From positions 47,437-67,436 of the forward strand of contig JAFGVM010000037.1 of NCBI GenBank assembly GCA_016937995.1: DNA of 20,000 nucleotides, written 5' to 3'. Of the stretch, positions 7,649 to 15,396 are shown in pieces (position 1 is the first letter of the stretch; every line of letters starts with the position of its first letter). The notes beneath the pieces were generated by a model, which made no database searches, was not told where the DNA came from, and saw only the letters and a list, made by a program, of their open reading frames with translations. The DNA is from Candidatus Delongbacteria bacterium (GTDB taxonomy: Bacteria; UBA4055). A program made the position numbers and the translations under genes.

Positions 7649-8976
7649 TAACAATTACCTTTTTTATTTTGCAATGTCTTCTTCAAGTTTATCTTAGGAG
7701 TACCACCTAATCTGCCCTGCAGATAGCTTTTTCTGATATCCTTATCGTATCTGATCTCTTTATATTCAATAAATGAACGTAAACTTGACATACCTTTCTC
7801 ATCTCTTTCAGCGATCCACATCTCATCTCTGCGAAGCAGTTCCTGATCCATCAAAAGAAGATCATGAGTAGTGAACAACAATTGAGAACGGCTATCCTTG
7901 CTACAATTACACAAAAACACTTCGATCAGCTGTTTTGTCAAAGTAGTATGTAAACTTCTGTTCACTTCATCTATTATATAGACCTTATTATTTTTAGTCA
8001 TTGACAGATCCAGAAATGCAGGTAAAAGATCAATTACTCTGAGTGATCCATCTGATTCCTGATGTAATTCAAACTTTTCTTCATCACCATCCGTTTTGGA
8101 ATGATATGCAACTAACTTTTTTGCCTGCAATTCATTCTTCTCTCTTGAAATAATATATCTTTCGTTCGTAACCATTGAATGCAAACGAACCGCTGTGTTT
8201 TTTGTAACGTCCTCTCTTAGTTTATTCCTAAGATCTTCCGGTAACGGTATATTTTCAAAAGGAAAACTGATATATTCAATATGTTTTATGCCTGTATCAA
8301 GTGTCGCAAGCATATCATTCATTCTTTTAAACAGAGGATTTTTATCGTCAAGAAACTGTTCATATTGGCCAAATCGTGTATCCGGTGCAATAAGTACAAG
8401 AGTATATTTGAACCAGTTATAAACAGGTGCAAATGTATTAACATTCTGAGAAACACTGTTAGTTAAAAATAACTGATTCGCTCTTGTACCTTTAAATGCA
8501 AATTGCAACAGTCCATCTTTCGTAAGAGGAATATGCATATTAGCTTTATCTTTCTTTCGATGATACAGCATTTTCTCACTGGTACTTGTAATCTGAACCA
8601 GTTTTTCTTCAAGTACTTCTTTTTGAGAAACAGAAAAACTAAATTCATATATTTTTTCATCGATCAGCATTTCAAGTTTAAATTTTGACGGCTTTTTAAT
8701 ACTTTGTTTATCAAGTCTGAACGGTTCAGTAAGGATCATACTTTCAGGTCTAGTTCCATCAACTACAAAATCTTTTATAAAAGATAGTGCCTGAAACAGA
8801 TTTGTTTTACCTGATGCATTACCGCCATAAATAGAAGCAACAGGTAAAATTCTTGTCTGATATTTACTTAATTTCGGTACTCTGTCCCCATGTTGTCTTT
8901 CCTTGCTCGCTACCATCGAAAATTCAGAAGATTCTTTAAATGACAACCAGTTCTCCACTTTTAAACTTATAAGCAT
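7648..8976 (-). CDS. rloA: RloA/AbiLi-like ABC-type ATPase (AAA_21 family)
   Basis: Walker A GGNASGKT, signature ESDGS, Walker B IIDE..SLH, H-loop [25 protein letters not shown]. Confidence 0.9.
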   Translation of the reverse strand: MLISLKVENWLSFKESSEFSMVASKERQHGDRVPKLSKYQTRILPVASIYGGNASGKTNLFQALSFIKDFVVDGTRPESMILTEPFRLDKQSIKKPSKFKLEMLIDEKIYEFSFSVSQKEVLEEKLVQITSTSEKMLYHRKKDKANMHIPLTKDGLLQFAFKGTRANQLFLTNSVSQNVNTFAPVYNWFKYTLVLIAPDTRFGQYEQFLDDKNPLFKRMNDMLATLDTGIKHIEYISFPFENIPLPEDLRNKLREDVTKNTAVRLHSMVTNERYIISREKNELQAKKLVAYHSKTDGDEEKFELHQESDGSLRVIDLLPAFLDLSMTKNNKVYIIDEVNRSLHTTLTKQLIEVFLCNCSKDSRSQLLFTTHDLLLMDQELLRRDEMWIAERDEKGMSSLRSFIEYKEIRYDKDIRKSYLQGRLGGTPKINLKKTLQNKKGNC

Positions 8977-9014
8977 TTTTCCAATCCTTTATGTTATTTT
9001 TTCTCCCCCAATTT

Positions 9015-9045
9015 CAAAGATACAATATTATTTTTCTTTTGTCAA
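9015..9045 (-). promoter_or_regulatory. Strong predicted promoter of the defence cluster
   Basis: TTGACA (9045-9040), 17 nt, TATCTT (9022-9017), extending to TATCTTTG, which also fits the Bacteroidota TAnnTTTG element. Confidence 0.75.
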
Positions 9046-9168
9046 TTGTTTAATGAGATTATTTCTCTTAATTCATTATTTTTATTCAGTCGCATGCCTA
9101 TTTTACAATACTTTGCAAGCCATACAGCTTTGCGTTCCTCTTATCATATATTTTTCGAACGGTATGAG

Positions 9169-9207
9169 ATCAAGTCTTAGTGAGTTAATCGAAGACTTAG
9201 ACTTGAT
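9169..9207. other. Inverted repeat/hairpin upstream of the defence promoter
   Basis: ATCAAGTCT (9169-9177) pairs with AGACTTGAT (9199-9207), extendable by AGT/ACT after one mismatch. Confidence 0.5.
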
Positions 9208-9359
9208 TATTTTTACTTACTTTGCACTTAACGTAATTTTGGTTACCTGACGAAAGTGACTTTTGATTGTTGTGCAAAATACATTTCTTGATATTTGGGT
9301 AGACATGGATTTTGAAATGAAAAGTACCGGAAGTCCCAAAATTAGCGTTCGTGCTGCCC

Positions 9360-9543
9360 TTTTCTTTCCTCCCGATTTATCGGGATTTTGGGCAAGCAAA
9401 AGAAAGCTGAAGACATCATTTAATACTCCTAGATACCCGGATCAAGTCCGAGAATGACATTTATCCTAGCGGGATATAACTCCCCTAACCACAGGTTTCA
9501 ACCTGTGGGATAAAAAAAAGGGCGTAATAAATTACACCCCTAC
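9360..9543. repeat. Cluster of different palindromic repeats downstream of trpS
   Basis: TCCCGAT-tt-ATCGGGA (9370-9385); TCAAG-loop copy 2 (9430-9460); CCACAGGTT-tc-AACCTGTGG (9489-9508); - strand GTAG-GGGTGTAAT-tt-ATTACGCCC (9543-9520). Confidence 0.75.
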
Positions 9544-9564
9544 ATCAACAATATTTGACCAAAA

Positions 9565-10590
9565 TTACCTTGCAGGTGCAACCAACCCAACTTTCTTATA
9601 TACCTTCGAAAGTAACTTGTATGCCGAACTCTGTACGTTCGCAGCTCCCTGCTTAAGAATCTGATCAAGATATTTTTTATCCTTTAGAAGTTCATCGTGC
9701 TTTTCCTTGATAGGTCTGAGAGTCTCAACAACAATTTCAGAAAGGTCTTTCTTAAAATCTCCGTATCCAGAATTAACATATTTCTTTTCGATCTCAGAGA
9801 TCTCTGTATCAGTCAATGTAGAATAAATTGTGAGCAGGTTATTGATCCCGGCTTTTTCAGGATTACTTTGATCATATCTGATCTCCATATCTGAATCTGT
9901 AACAGCACTTTTGATCTTTTTAGCTGTAATATTAAGATCCTCTGTAAGGATAATAGTTCCTTTAGGTGATTCAGCGGATTTACTCATTTTATTCTCAGGA
10001 TGCTGCAGGTCCATTATCCTCGCTCCCTGCTTAGGAATGATAGCTTCCGGAATATTAAAAGTAGGTGAGTAAGTATAGTTGAATTTTTCAGCAATATCTC
10101 TTGACAGTTCAAGATGCTGTTTCTGATCATCTCCGATAGGAATCAGATTTGCATTATATAACAATATATCAGCAGCCATTAAGACCGGATAAGCAAAAAG
10201 TCCAACATTTATAAATGTTCCTTCCTTTGCAGACTTATCTTTATACTGTGTCATTCTGTTCAACTGACCCATTCCGGTCAAAGTGTTCAATATCCAGGTG
10301 AGTTCAGTATGTCCTGTAATATGAGACTGAACAAATATATTAGATTTCTCAGGATCCAGACCTACAGCAAGATAAAGTGCCAGCATTGAATAAGTTCTTT
10401 CCCTCAATTCACTTGGAACCTGAGGAACAGTCAGAGCATGAAGATCAACGATTATATAATTTTTTGTATAATCCTGATATTTATCCTGCATATTCACAAA
10501 ATTCTTCATTGCTCCGATATAATTACCCAGAGTCAGATTATTTGTAGGCTGAATACCGCTTAATATTGTTTTCTTTTCTGTATTTTCCAT
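9565..10590 (-). CDS. trpS: Tryptophan--tRNA ligase
   Basis: SGIQPT, TLGNYIGA (HIGH-like), YPVLMAADIL, GDDQKQH, KMSKS. Confidence 0.98.
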   Translation of the reverse strand: MENTEKKTILSGIQPTNNLTLGNYIGAMKNFVNMQDKYQDYTKNYIIVDLHALTVPQVPSELRERTYSMLALYLAVGLDPEKSNIFVQSHITGHTELTWILNTLTGMGQLNRMTQYKDKSAKEGTFINVGLFAYPVLMAADILLYNANLIPIGDDQKQHLELSRDIAEKFNYTYSPTFNIPEAIIPKQGARIMDLQHPENKMSKSAESPKGTIILTEDLNITAKKIKSAVTDSDMEIRYDQSNPEKAGINNLLTIYSTLTDTEISEIEKKYVNSGYGDFKKDLSEIVVETLRPIKEKHDELLKDKKYLDQILKQGAANVQSSAYKLLSKVYKKVGLVAPAR

Positions 10591-10620
10591 AATGTTGTCT
10601 TCTATTTTTTATAACGCTCT

Positions 10621-10667
10621 GGGCTTATAGTAATAAGCCCCTACTTCTGACTTCTAACTTCTGACTT
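10621..10667 (-). repeat. GTAG-type REP-like palindrome plus heptamer repeat between pyrK and trpS
   Basis: - strand GTAG-GGGCTTAT-tact-ATAAGCCC (10644-10621); + strand ACTTCTG ACTTCTA ACTTCTG ACTT (10643-10667). Confidence 0.8.
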
Positions 10668-10670
10668 AAC

Positions 10671-11483
10671 CTACGGTATCTCCACAGAGCACGAATTGAA
10701 AACCGGTCCATCTACACAGGTCAAGAAATATCCGTCTTCCTTTTTCTTTTTCACAGCACATCCCTGACAAACACCGATACCGCAAGCCATCGGAGTCTCA
10801 AGAGATACCTGACAGTAATGATCCATTTCTGTGCAATAATCAGCTACAGCCTTCATCATTGGACCAGGTCCTACTACGTATATATTGTAATCATTTATCT
10901 TCTTAAGATTGTTGTTTTTTATCTCAGCTTTTAATATATCAAGCACATTACCTTCAAAACCCAATGATCCATCATCTGTGGCAACAAAAAGTTTAATATT
11001 CTGGTCCATAAAAAAATCTATATCGAAGAAGCCTGATTTATCCCTGTTCCCCCAAATAAGAGTTACCTGATCACCTTTTTCAGTAAAATGCTGCATCAGT
11101 TTTTTGATCGGAGCAATACCGATACCACCTGCTAATAATAATTTCTCTTTTCCGTTAACCTTTGTATTAAAACCATTTCCCAAAGGTCCGAGGACATTTA
11201 TTTTTTTACCTGCTTTGAGCATATCTTTGAGAATATCAGTACCTCTACCCACTACATCGAATATTATCTGAAAATCATCTCCTTTAGTGTATGATACTGC
11301 GAACGGTCTTCTGAGAACAGGAACCGATTCATCCTTATTGGTCACCTGAATTGTAATGAATTGTCCGGGTTTTGTATTTTTTGCAATTTCTTTTGATCTT
11401 AAAACTGCTTCAATTACATTGTGTTTCAACTCTTTTACTGAAACCACTTCTGCTTGTACTTCATGATATTTTGATTCTGTCAT
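10671..11483 (-). CDS. pyrK: Dihydroorotate dehydrogenase B electron transfer subunit
   Basis: PGQF, LRRPFAV, GPLGNGF, AGGIGIAP, [2Fe-2S] motif MACGIGVCQGC...CVDGPVF. Confidence 0.92.
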   Translation of the reverse strand: MTESKYHEVQAEVVSVKELKHNVIEAVLRSKEIAKNTKPGQFITIQVTNKDESVPVLRRPFAVSYTKGDDFQIIFDVVGRGTDILKDMLKAGKKINVLGPLGNGFNTKVNGKEKLLLAGGIGIAPIKKLMQHFTEKGDQVTLIWGNRDKSGFFDIDFFMDQNIKLFVATDDGSLGFEGNVLDILKAEIKNNNLKKINDYNIYVVGPGPMMKAVADYCTEMDHYCQVSLETPMACGIGVCQGCAVKKKKEDGYFLTCVDGPVFNSCSVEIP

Positions 11484-11508
11484 TTCGTTAAAACCTTATG
11501 ATTAAAAT

Positions 11509-12504
11509 TTACTGCTTTTTATATTTTTCCAGATTTATACCGATCTTTTCTAATTTATTATCATCAGTTCCACAGACCAAAAGACCGCTTATATTATTTT
11601 GTATCAGGAACTTTTTACCTGCTTCTTTTCCCATAACAAACACAGCAGTGGCAAAAGCATCACTTAAATATGCCTTGTCGGTTATTATTGTTACACTCAT
11701 TAGATCAGAAACACCGTATCCTGTTTTTGGGTCGATTATATGACAATATCTGGTATCATCCTGAATAAAGAATTTTTCATAGTCTCCGGAAGTTGCAACT
11801 GCACCATTTTTTACGAAAAGTGTATCTATCAAAGCACCCTGAATTCTCGGATGTCTTATACCTATAATTTTTTCTGTCAATGAATTCACCAGAAGATCTC
11901 CTCCAGCTTCAACAATATAGTCCTTTATACCGTTTTCATTGAGAAAGGCAGCAACAGAATCCACTGAATAACCTTTAGCGATTCCTCCAAGGTCCAGACC
12001 ACAATTCTTATCAGGAAAATATATAGAATCAATATTGTAACTGATCGCATCAAATGATGATGTCTTAAGCAAATTTATAAGTTTGATCGGATTCGGCAAC
12101 TTTGGCTCTGACAAATAATTGAAACCCCATAATTTTATTACAGGTCTTAACGCAATATCAAAATTTCTGTCAGTGTAGTTATATAGATTATGTGAAATTT
12201 TCAATATTTTCTTTAAAGAACCAGGTACTGACACCTTTTGTTTTGATGCCTCATCATTCAATTTATACAATGTTGAGTTCTTATCTTCCGGACTCATTTC
12301 ATTGTTAAAGTATTTCATTATACTTTCAGAACTATCCAATATTTCATTTACTTTCTCCTTATCACTTTCATACATACCGTAAGCAGTGATCGTAACATCA
12401 GTAGTAAATTCGACAAAAGATCTGCTGATCTTGATCTTTTCTCCTTTGCTGCAAGACATGATAAAGACCAAAATCAAGATGTATATTATATATCTGATTT
12501 TCAT
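11509..12504 (-). CDS. apbE: FAD:protein FMN transferase lipoprotein
   Basis: Lipobox IMSC, DLGGIAKGY.VD, ATSGDYE, HIIDPKTG, DAFATA. Confidence 0.95.
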   Translation of the reverse strand: MKIRYIIYILILVFIMSCSKGEKIKISRSFVEFTTDVTITAYGMYESDKEKVNEILDSSESIMKYFNNEMSPEDKNSTLYKLNDEASKQKVSVPGSLKKILKISHNLYNYTDRNFDIALRPVIKLWGFNYLSEPKLPNPIKLINLLKTSSFDAISYNIDSIYFPDKNCGLDLGGIAKGYSVDSVAAFLNENGIKDYIVEAGGDLLVNSLTEKIIGIRHPRIQGALIDTLFVKNGAVATSGDYEKFFIQDDTRYCHIIDPKTGYGVSDLMSVTIITDKAYLSDAFATAVFVMGKEAGKKFLIQNNISGLLVCGTDDNKLEKIGINLEKYKKQ

Positions 12505-12510
12505 GGCGGG

Positions 12511-12539
12511 AAGATATCTATATTATAAAATAATAGCAA
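12511..12539 (-). promoter_or_regulatory. Predicted apbE promoter (leaderless transcript)
   Basis: TTGCTA (12539-12534), 17 nt, TATCTT (12516-12511), then 6 nt to ATG 12504; no SD. Confidence 0.65.
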
Positions 12540-12621
12540 GAAAAATATTTTGAATAAATGATGAGAATCTCTCCTGAGTTGTTTTTATCACTGCTCTTAT
12601 GCATTATCGGGTGAAGTTGTT

Positions 12622-12720
12622 AGACGTGATGAATCTCGTCTCTAATGGATCCTTGGACATTGGATATTCATAGAGGAACGCATTCCTGCATTCGCAACTG
12701 TTCACTATCCACTGACCACT
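12622..12720. repeat. Degenerate REP-like palindromes and composite repeat (copy A), with short heptamer-like repeats
   Basis: AGACGTGAT-ga-ATCTCGTCT (12622-12641); 12653-12707 aligns 47/56 with 19359-19414. Confidence 0.7.
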
Positions 12721-12752
12721 AAAAAAACAGTACTTCTGTTTTTTATTTCCCC

Positions 12753-12781
12753 TTGCCTTAAAATAAATATTATATTATCTT
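12753..12781 (+). promoter_or_regulatory. Predicted panB operon promoter
   Basis: TTGCCT (12753-12758), 17 nt, TATCTT (12776-12781). Confidence 0.6.
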
Positions 12782-12830
12782 CTAATACTATAAATTTAGA
12801 GAACTTAATCATAATTTTTGCAGGCAAAAA

Positions 12831-13631
12831 ATGGGAAAAAGAAAGACTGTCAAAGAAATCTTCAAAATGAAGAAAAATGATCAAAAGATCACAATGCTGA
12901 CCGCTTATGATTATCAGTTCGCAAAGATCATGGACAGATCAGGTATTGATGTGATACTGGTCGGAGACTCCCTGGGGATGGTATTTCAGGGACACTCGAC
13001 AACTATACCTGTAACAGTTGACCAGATGATCTATCACACAAAGATAGTCGTTGATTCAACAGAAAATGCTTTTATCATAGCTGACATGCCTTTCGGAAGC
13101 TATCAGGTTTCAGTAGAAAAAGGAGTTGAGAACGCATGCAGGATCATGAAGGAAACAGGTTGCAATGCAGTAAAGATCGAAGGTGGGCAGAGAGTGATTC
13201 CACTGGTAGAAAAACTTATACTTGCAGGAATCCCGGTATATGGTCATTTGGGTTTAACTCCCCAGTCTATCAACAAATTCGGCAGCTACAGACTTAGAGC
13301 TCAAAAGGAAAAAGAGGCTTATAAGCTGATTGATGATGCAGTATTACTTGAAAAAGCGGGAGTTTCAGGGATCATTCTTGAAAAGATACCTTCCATACTT
13401 GCAAAAGAAGTTACTGAAAAAGTAAAAGTTCCTACTATCGGAATAGGAGCAGGTCCTGATTGTGACGGACAGGTTCTGGTAATAACTGATCTGCTGGGAA
13501 TAGATGAGGATGTAAATTTCAAATTCGTTAGAAAATATGCGAATTTAAATGATATTATTTCAGGTTCTGTCAAAAATTTTATCTCTGATGTCAAAGAAAA
13601 AAAGTTTCCAACAGAAGAAGAGTCCTATTAA
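12831..13631 (+). CDS. panB: 3-methyl-2-oxobutanoate hydroxymethyltransferase
   Basis: MLTAYDY, LVGDSLG, ADMPFGSY, VKIEGG, GHLGLTPQS, IGIGAG...DGQVLV. Confidence 0.98.
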   Translation: MGKRKTVKEIFKMKKNDQKITMLTAYDYQFAKIMDRSGIDVILVGDSLGMVFQGHSTTIPVTVDQMIYHTKIVVDSTENAFIIADMPFGSYQVSVEKGVENACRIMKETGCNAVKIEGGQRVIPLVEKLILAGIPVYGHLGLTPQSINKFGSYRLRAQKEKEAYKLIDDAVLLEKAGVSGIILEKIPSILAKEVTEKVKVPTIGIGAGPDCDGQVLVITDLLGIDEDVNFKFVRKYANLNDIISGSVKNFISDVKEKKFPTEEESY

Positions 13632-13646
13632 AAAACCGGAAAACAG

Positions 13647-14489
13647 ATGAAAATTCTTAAGACCATATCTGAAGTTAAAGAATACATCAAACCTCTAAAG
13701 TTGAAAGATCAAATAATCGGTTTCGTGCCGACTATGGGAGCATTACACGATGGACATATCGCACTTGGTGAAGAAGCAAGATATGAATGTGACTGCCTTA
13801 TCTATTCAATTTTTGTCAATCCTACCCAGTTCGGACCGAATGAGGATCTTGATAAATATCCAAGGGACCTGGATGGTGATATCGCAAAATTGGAAGCAAT
13901 TGATGTTGACGCTGTATTTATTCCTGATAGATCAGTGATCTATCCCGAAAATTACAAGACCTATGTTAAAGTTGATGAACTTGGTAATATCTTATGCGGT
14001 AAAAGCAGAGTTGATCACTTTCAAGGAGTGACCACTGTTGTATCGAAACTCTTTAATATTGTACAGTGTGATGAAGCATATTTCGGAAAAAAAGATATAC
14101 AGCAGTTCATAATACTGAAGAAAATGGTCGAAGATCTTAATATGCCTGTAAAGATGATCTCTGTGGATACTGTCAGAGAAGATGACGGTCTGGCTAAGAG
14201 TAGCAGAAATACTTATCTATCTGCCGATGAAAGAGCTGCCGCACCTGTTCTGTACAGATCTATGGTCACTGCTAAAAAAAATATCGACCTGTATTTTTCA
14301 CCCGAAGAGCTTATCGAAGATGTACATACTATGATATCTATGGAACCTCTAGCAAAAATTGAATATATAGAATTGAGAAGATACAACGATCTCTCTGAAG
14401 TTGAAGATCTGAGTGAGGAGGGCATTTTACTTATTCTTGCAGTAAGATTCGGGACTACAAGACTTATTGATAATATGTTACTAAGGTAA
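13647..14489 (+). CDS. panC: Pantoate--beta-alanine ligase
   Basis: FVPTMGALHDGH, SIFVNPTQF, FGKKD.QQ, GLAKSSRN, RLIDN. Confidence 0.98.
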   Translation: MKILKTISEVKEYIKPLKLKDQIIGFVPTMGALHDGHIALGEEARYECDCLIYSIFVNPTQFGPNEDLDKYPRDLDGDIAKLEAIDVDAVFIPDRSVIYPENYKTYVKVDELGNILCGKSRVDHFQGVTTVVSKLFNIVQCDEAYFGKKDIQQFIILKKMVEDLNMPVKMISVDTVREDDGLAKSSRNTYLSADERAAAPVLYRSMVTAKKNIDLYFSPEELIEDVHTMISMEPLAKIEYIELRRYNDLSEVEDLSEEGILLILAVRFGTTRLIDNMLLR

Positions 14490-14502
14490 TGTTAAATTGT
14501 AA

Positions 14503-14526
14503 GGGTGGATTGATATACGCCCCTGC
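14503..14526 (-). repeat. Degenerate REP-like palindrome after panC
   Basis: - strand GCAG-GGGCGTAT-atca-ATCCACCC. Confidence 0.55.
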
Positions 14527-14572
14527 ATTCCTTCTCTGGTAGGTATAAAATAATAAAGGAATAAAACACTAC

Positions 14573-15316
14573 ATGAACAAATTATACACACTTATACTCG
14601 CAGCCGGAAAAGGCACAAGAATGAAATCGGATCTGCCGAAGGTCATACATAAGATAGACGGCAAAGAACTGGTAAAATACGTTATCGAACAGGCTAAAGA
14701 TGTCGGTTCTGAAGAGATCTGGCTAATAACTGGTCATAAAGGTCATCTTGTTAAAGAAGCAACTGCCGATGATAATGTTTTTTACGTTGAACAGAAAGAA
14801 CAGCTTGGTACAGGCCATGCAGTAATGCAGGCTGAAGATAAACTGCAGGGCAAGAACGGTGATGTACTGATACTATGTGGTGATGTGCCTGTGTTAAAGG
14901 GTGAAACCTTAAAAAAATTCAGAGATTTCCATTACTCATCCGGAGCATCCGCAACAGTTATGACTACCAGATTTGAAGACCCTTTTGGATATGGAAGGAT
15001 CATCACAAATAAGGAAGGTGAGATCTTAAAGATAGTTGAACAGAAGGATGCAACTGAAGAGGAAAAAAAGGTAAAGGAAATAAATTCAGGTGTTTATATC
15101 ATTGATCTGAAGGATCTTTTCACCTCTCTGGACAGTATTACGTCCGACAATGCGGGAAACGAATATTATCTGACTGATGTTATAGCAATTTTGAAGAATA
15201 AAGGCAAAAAAGTATTAACTTATTTGATCAAGGACAATACTGAGATCCTGGGAATAAATACTATTGAACAATTGAAAGAGGCAGAAAGTATAATTTTAGC
15301 AAGAAAACAGAATTAA
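14573..15316 (+). CDS. glmU: N-acetylglucosamine-1-phosphate uridylyltransferase (GlmU N-terminal domain only)
   Basis: LAAGKGTRMKSDLPKV, QLGTGHAV, GDVP, GYGRI, IVEQKDA, EYYLTD; ends at 247 aa with no hexapeptide acetyltransferase domain. Confidence 0.85.
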   Translation: MNKLYTLILAAGKGTRMKSDLPKVIHKIDGKELVKYVIEQAKDVGSEEIWLITGHKGHLVKEATADDNVFYVEQKEQLGTGHAVMQAEDKLQGKNGDVLILCGDVPVLKGETLKKFRDFHYSSGASATVMTTRFEDPFGYGRIITNKEGEILKIVEQKDATEEEKKVKEINSGVYIIDLKDLFTSLDSITSDNAGNEYYLTDVIAILKNKGKKVLTYLIKDNTEILGINTIEQLKEAESIILARKQN

Positions 15317-15327
15317 TTAACGTTTTA

Positions 15328-15384
15328 GTAGGGTGTAAAATTTTACACCCGAAATCAAAGATTCTGGATCAAGTTCAGAATTAC
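15328..15384 (+). repeat. GTAG-type REP-like palindrome followed by degenerate TCAAG-loop repeat (copy 3)
   Basis: GTA followed by the perfect 20-bp palindrome GGGTGTAAAATTTTACACCC (15331-15350); AGATTCTGGATCAAGTTCAGAATTAC (15359-15384). Confidence 0.75.
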
Positions 15385-15396
15385 GGGAGTAACAAA

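Noticed and set aside
9100-9165. - strand GGAACGCAAAGC resembling part of a c-di-GMP-I riboswitch
   Set aside because: The upstream GCAAAC/GNRA stem and second stem are missing, and it lies upstream of the predicted promoter
4513-9182. 9-bp inverted match CACTAAGAC (4513-4521) / GTCTTAGTG (9174-9182) flanking the island as possible terminal inverted repeats
   Set aside because: Short enough to occur by chance; no transposase and no target-site duplication seen
8903-9457. Small ORFs 8903-9250 (+), 9217-9399 (-), 9263-9457 (+)
   Set aside because: No recognisable motifs; they run through the promoter and palindromic repeats
9330-9545. Possible CRISPR array, attC array or retron ncRNA
   Set aside because: The palindromes differ from each other with no regular spacing, and no cas, integron integrase or reverse transcriptase gene is present
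12721-12744. A7-CAG-tactt-CTG-T6 terminator-like hairpin
   Set aside because: The stem is almost all A-T and lies between divergent promoters, so terminator function is not supportable
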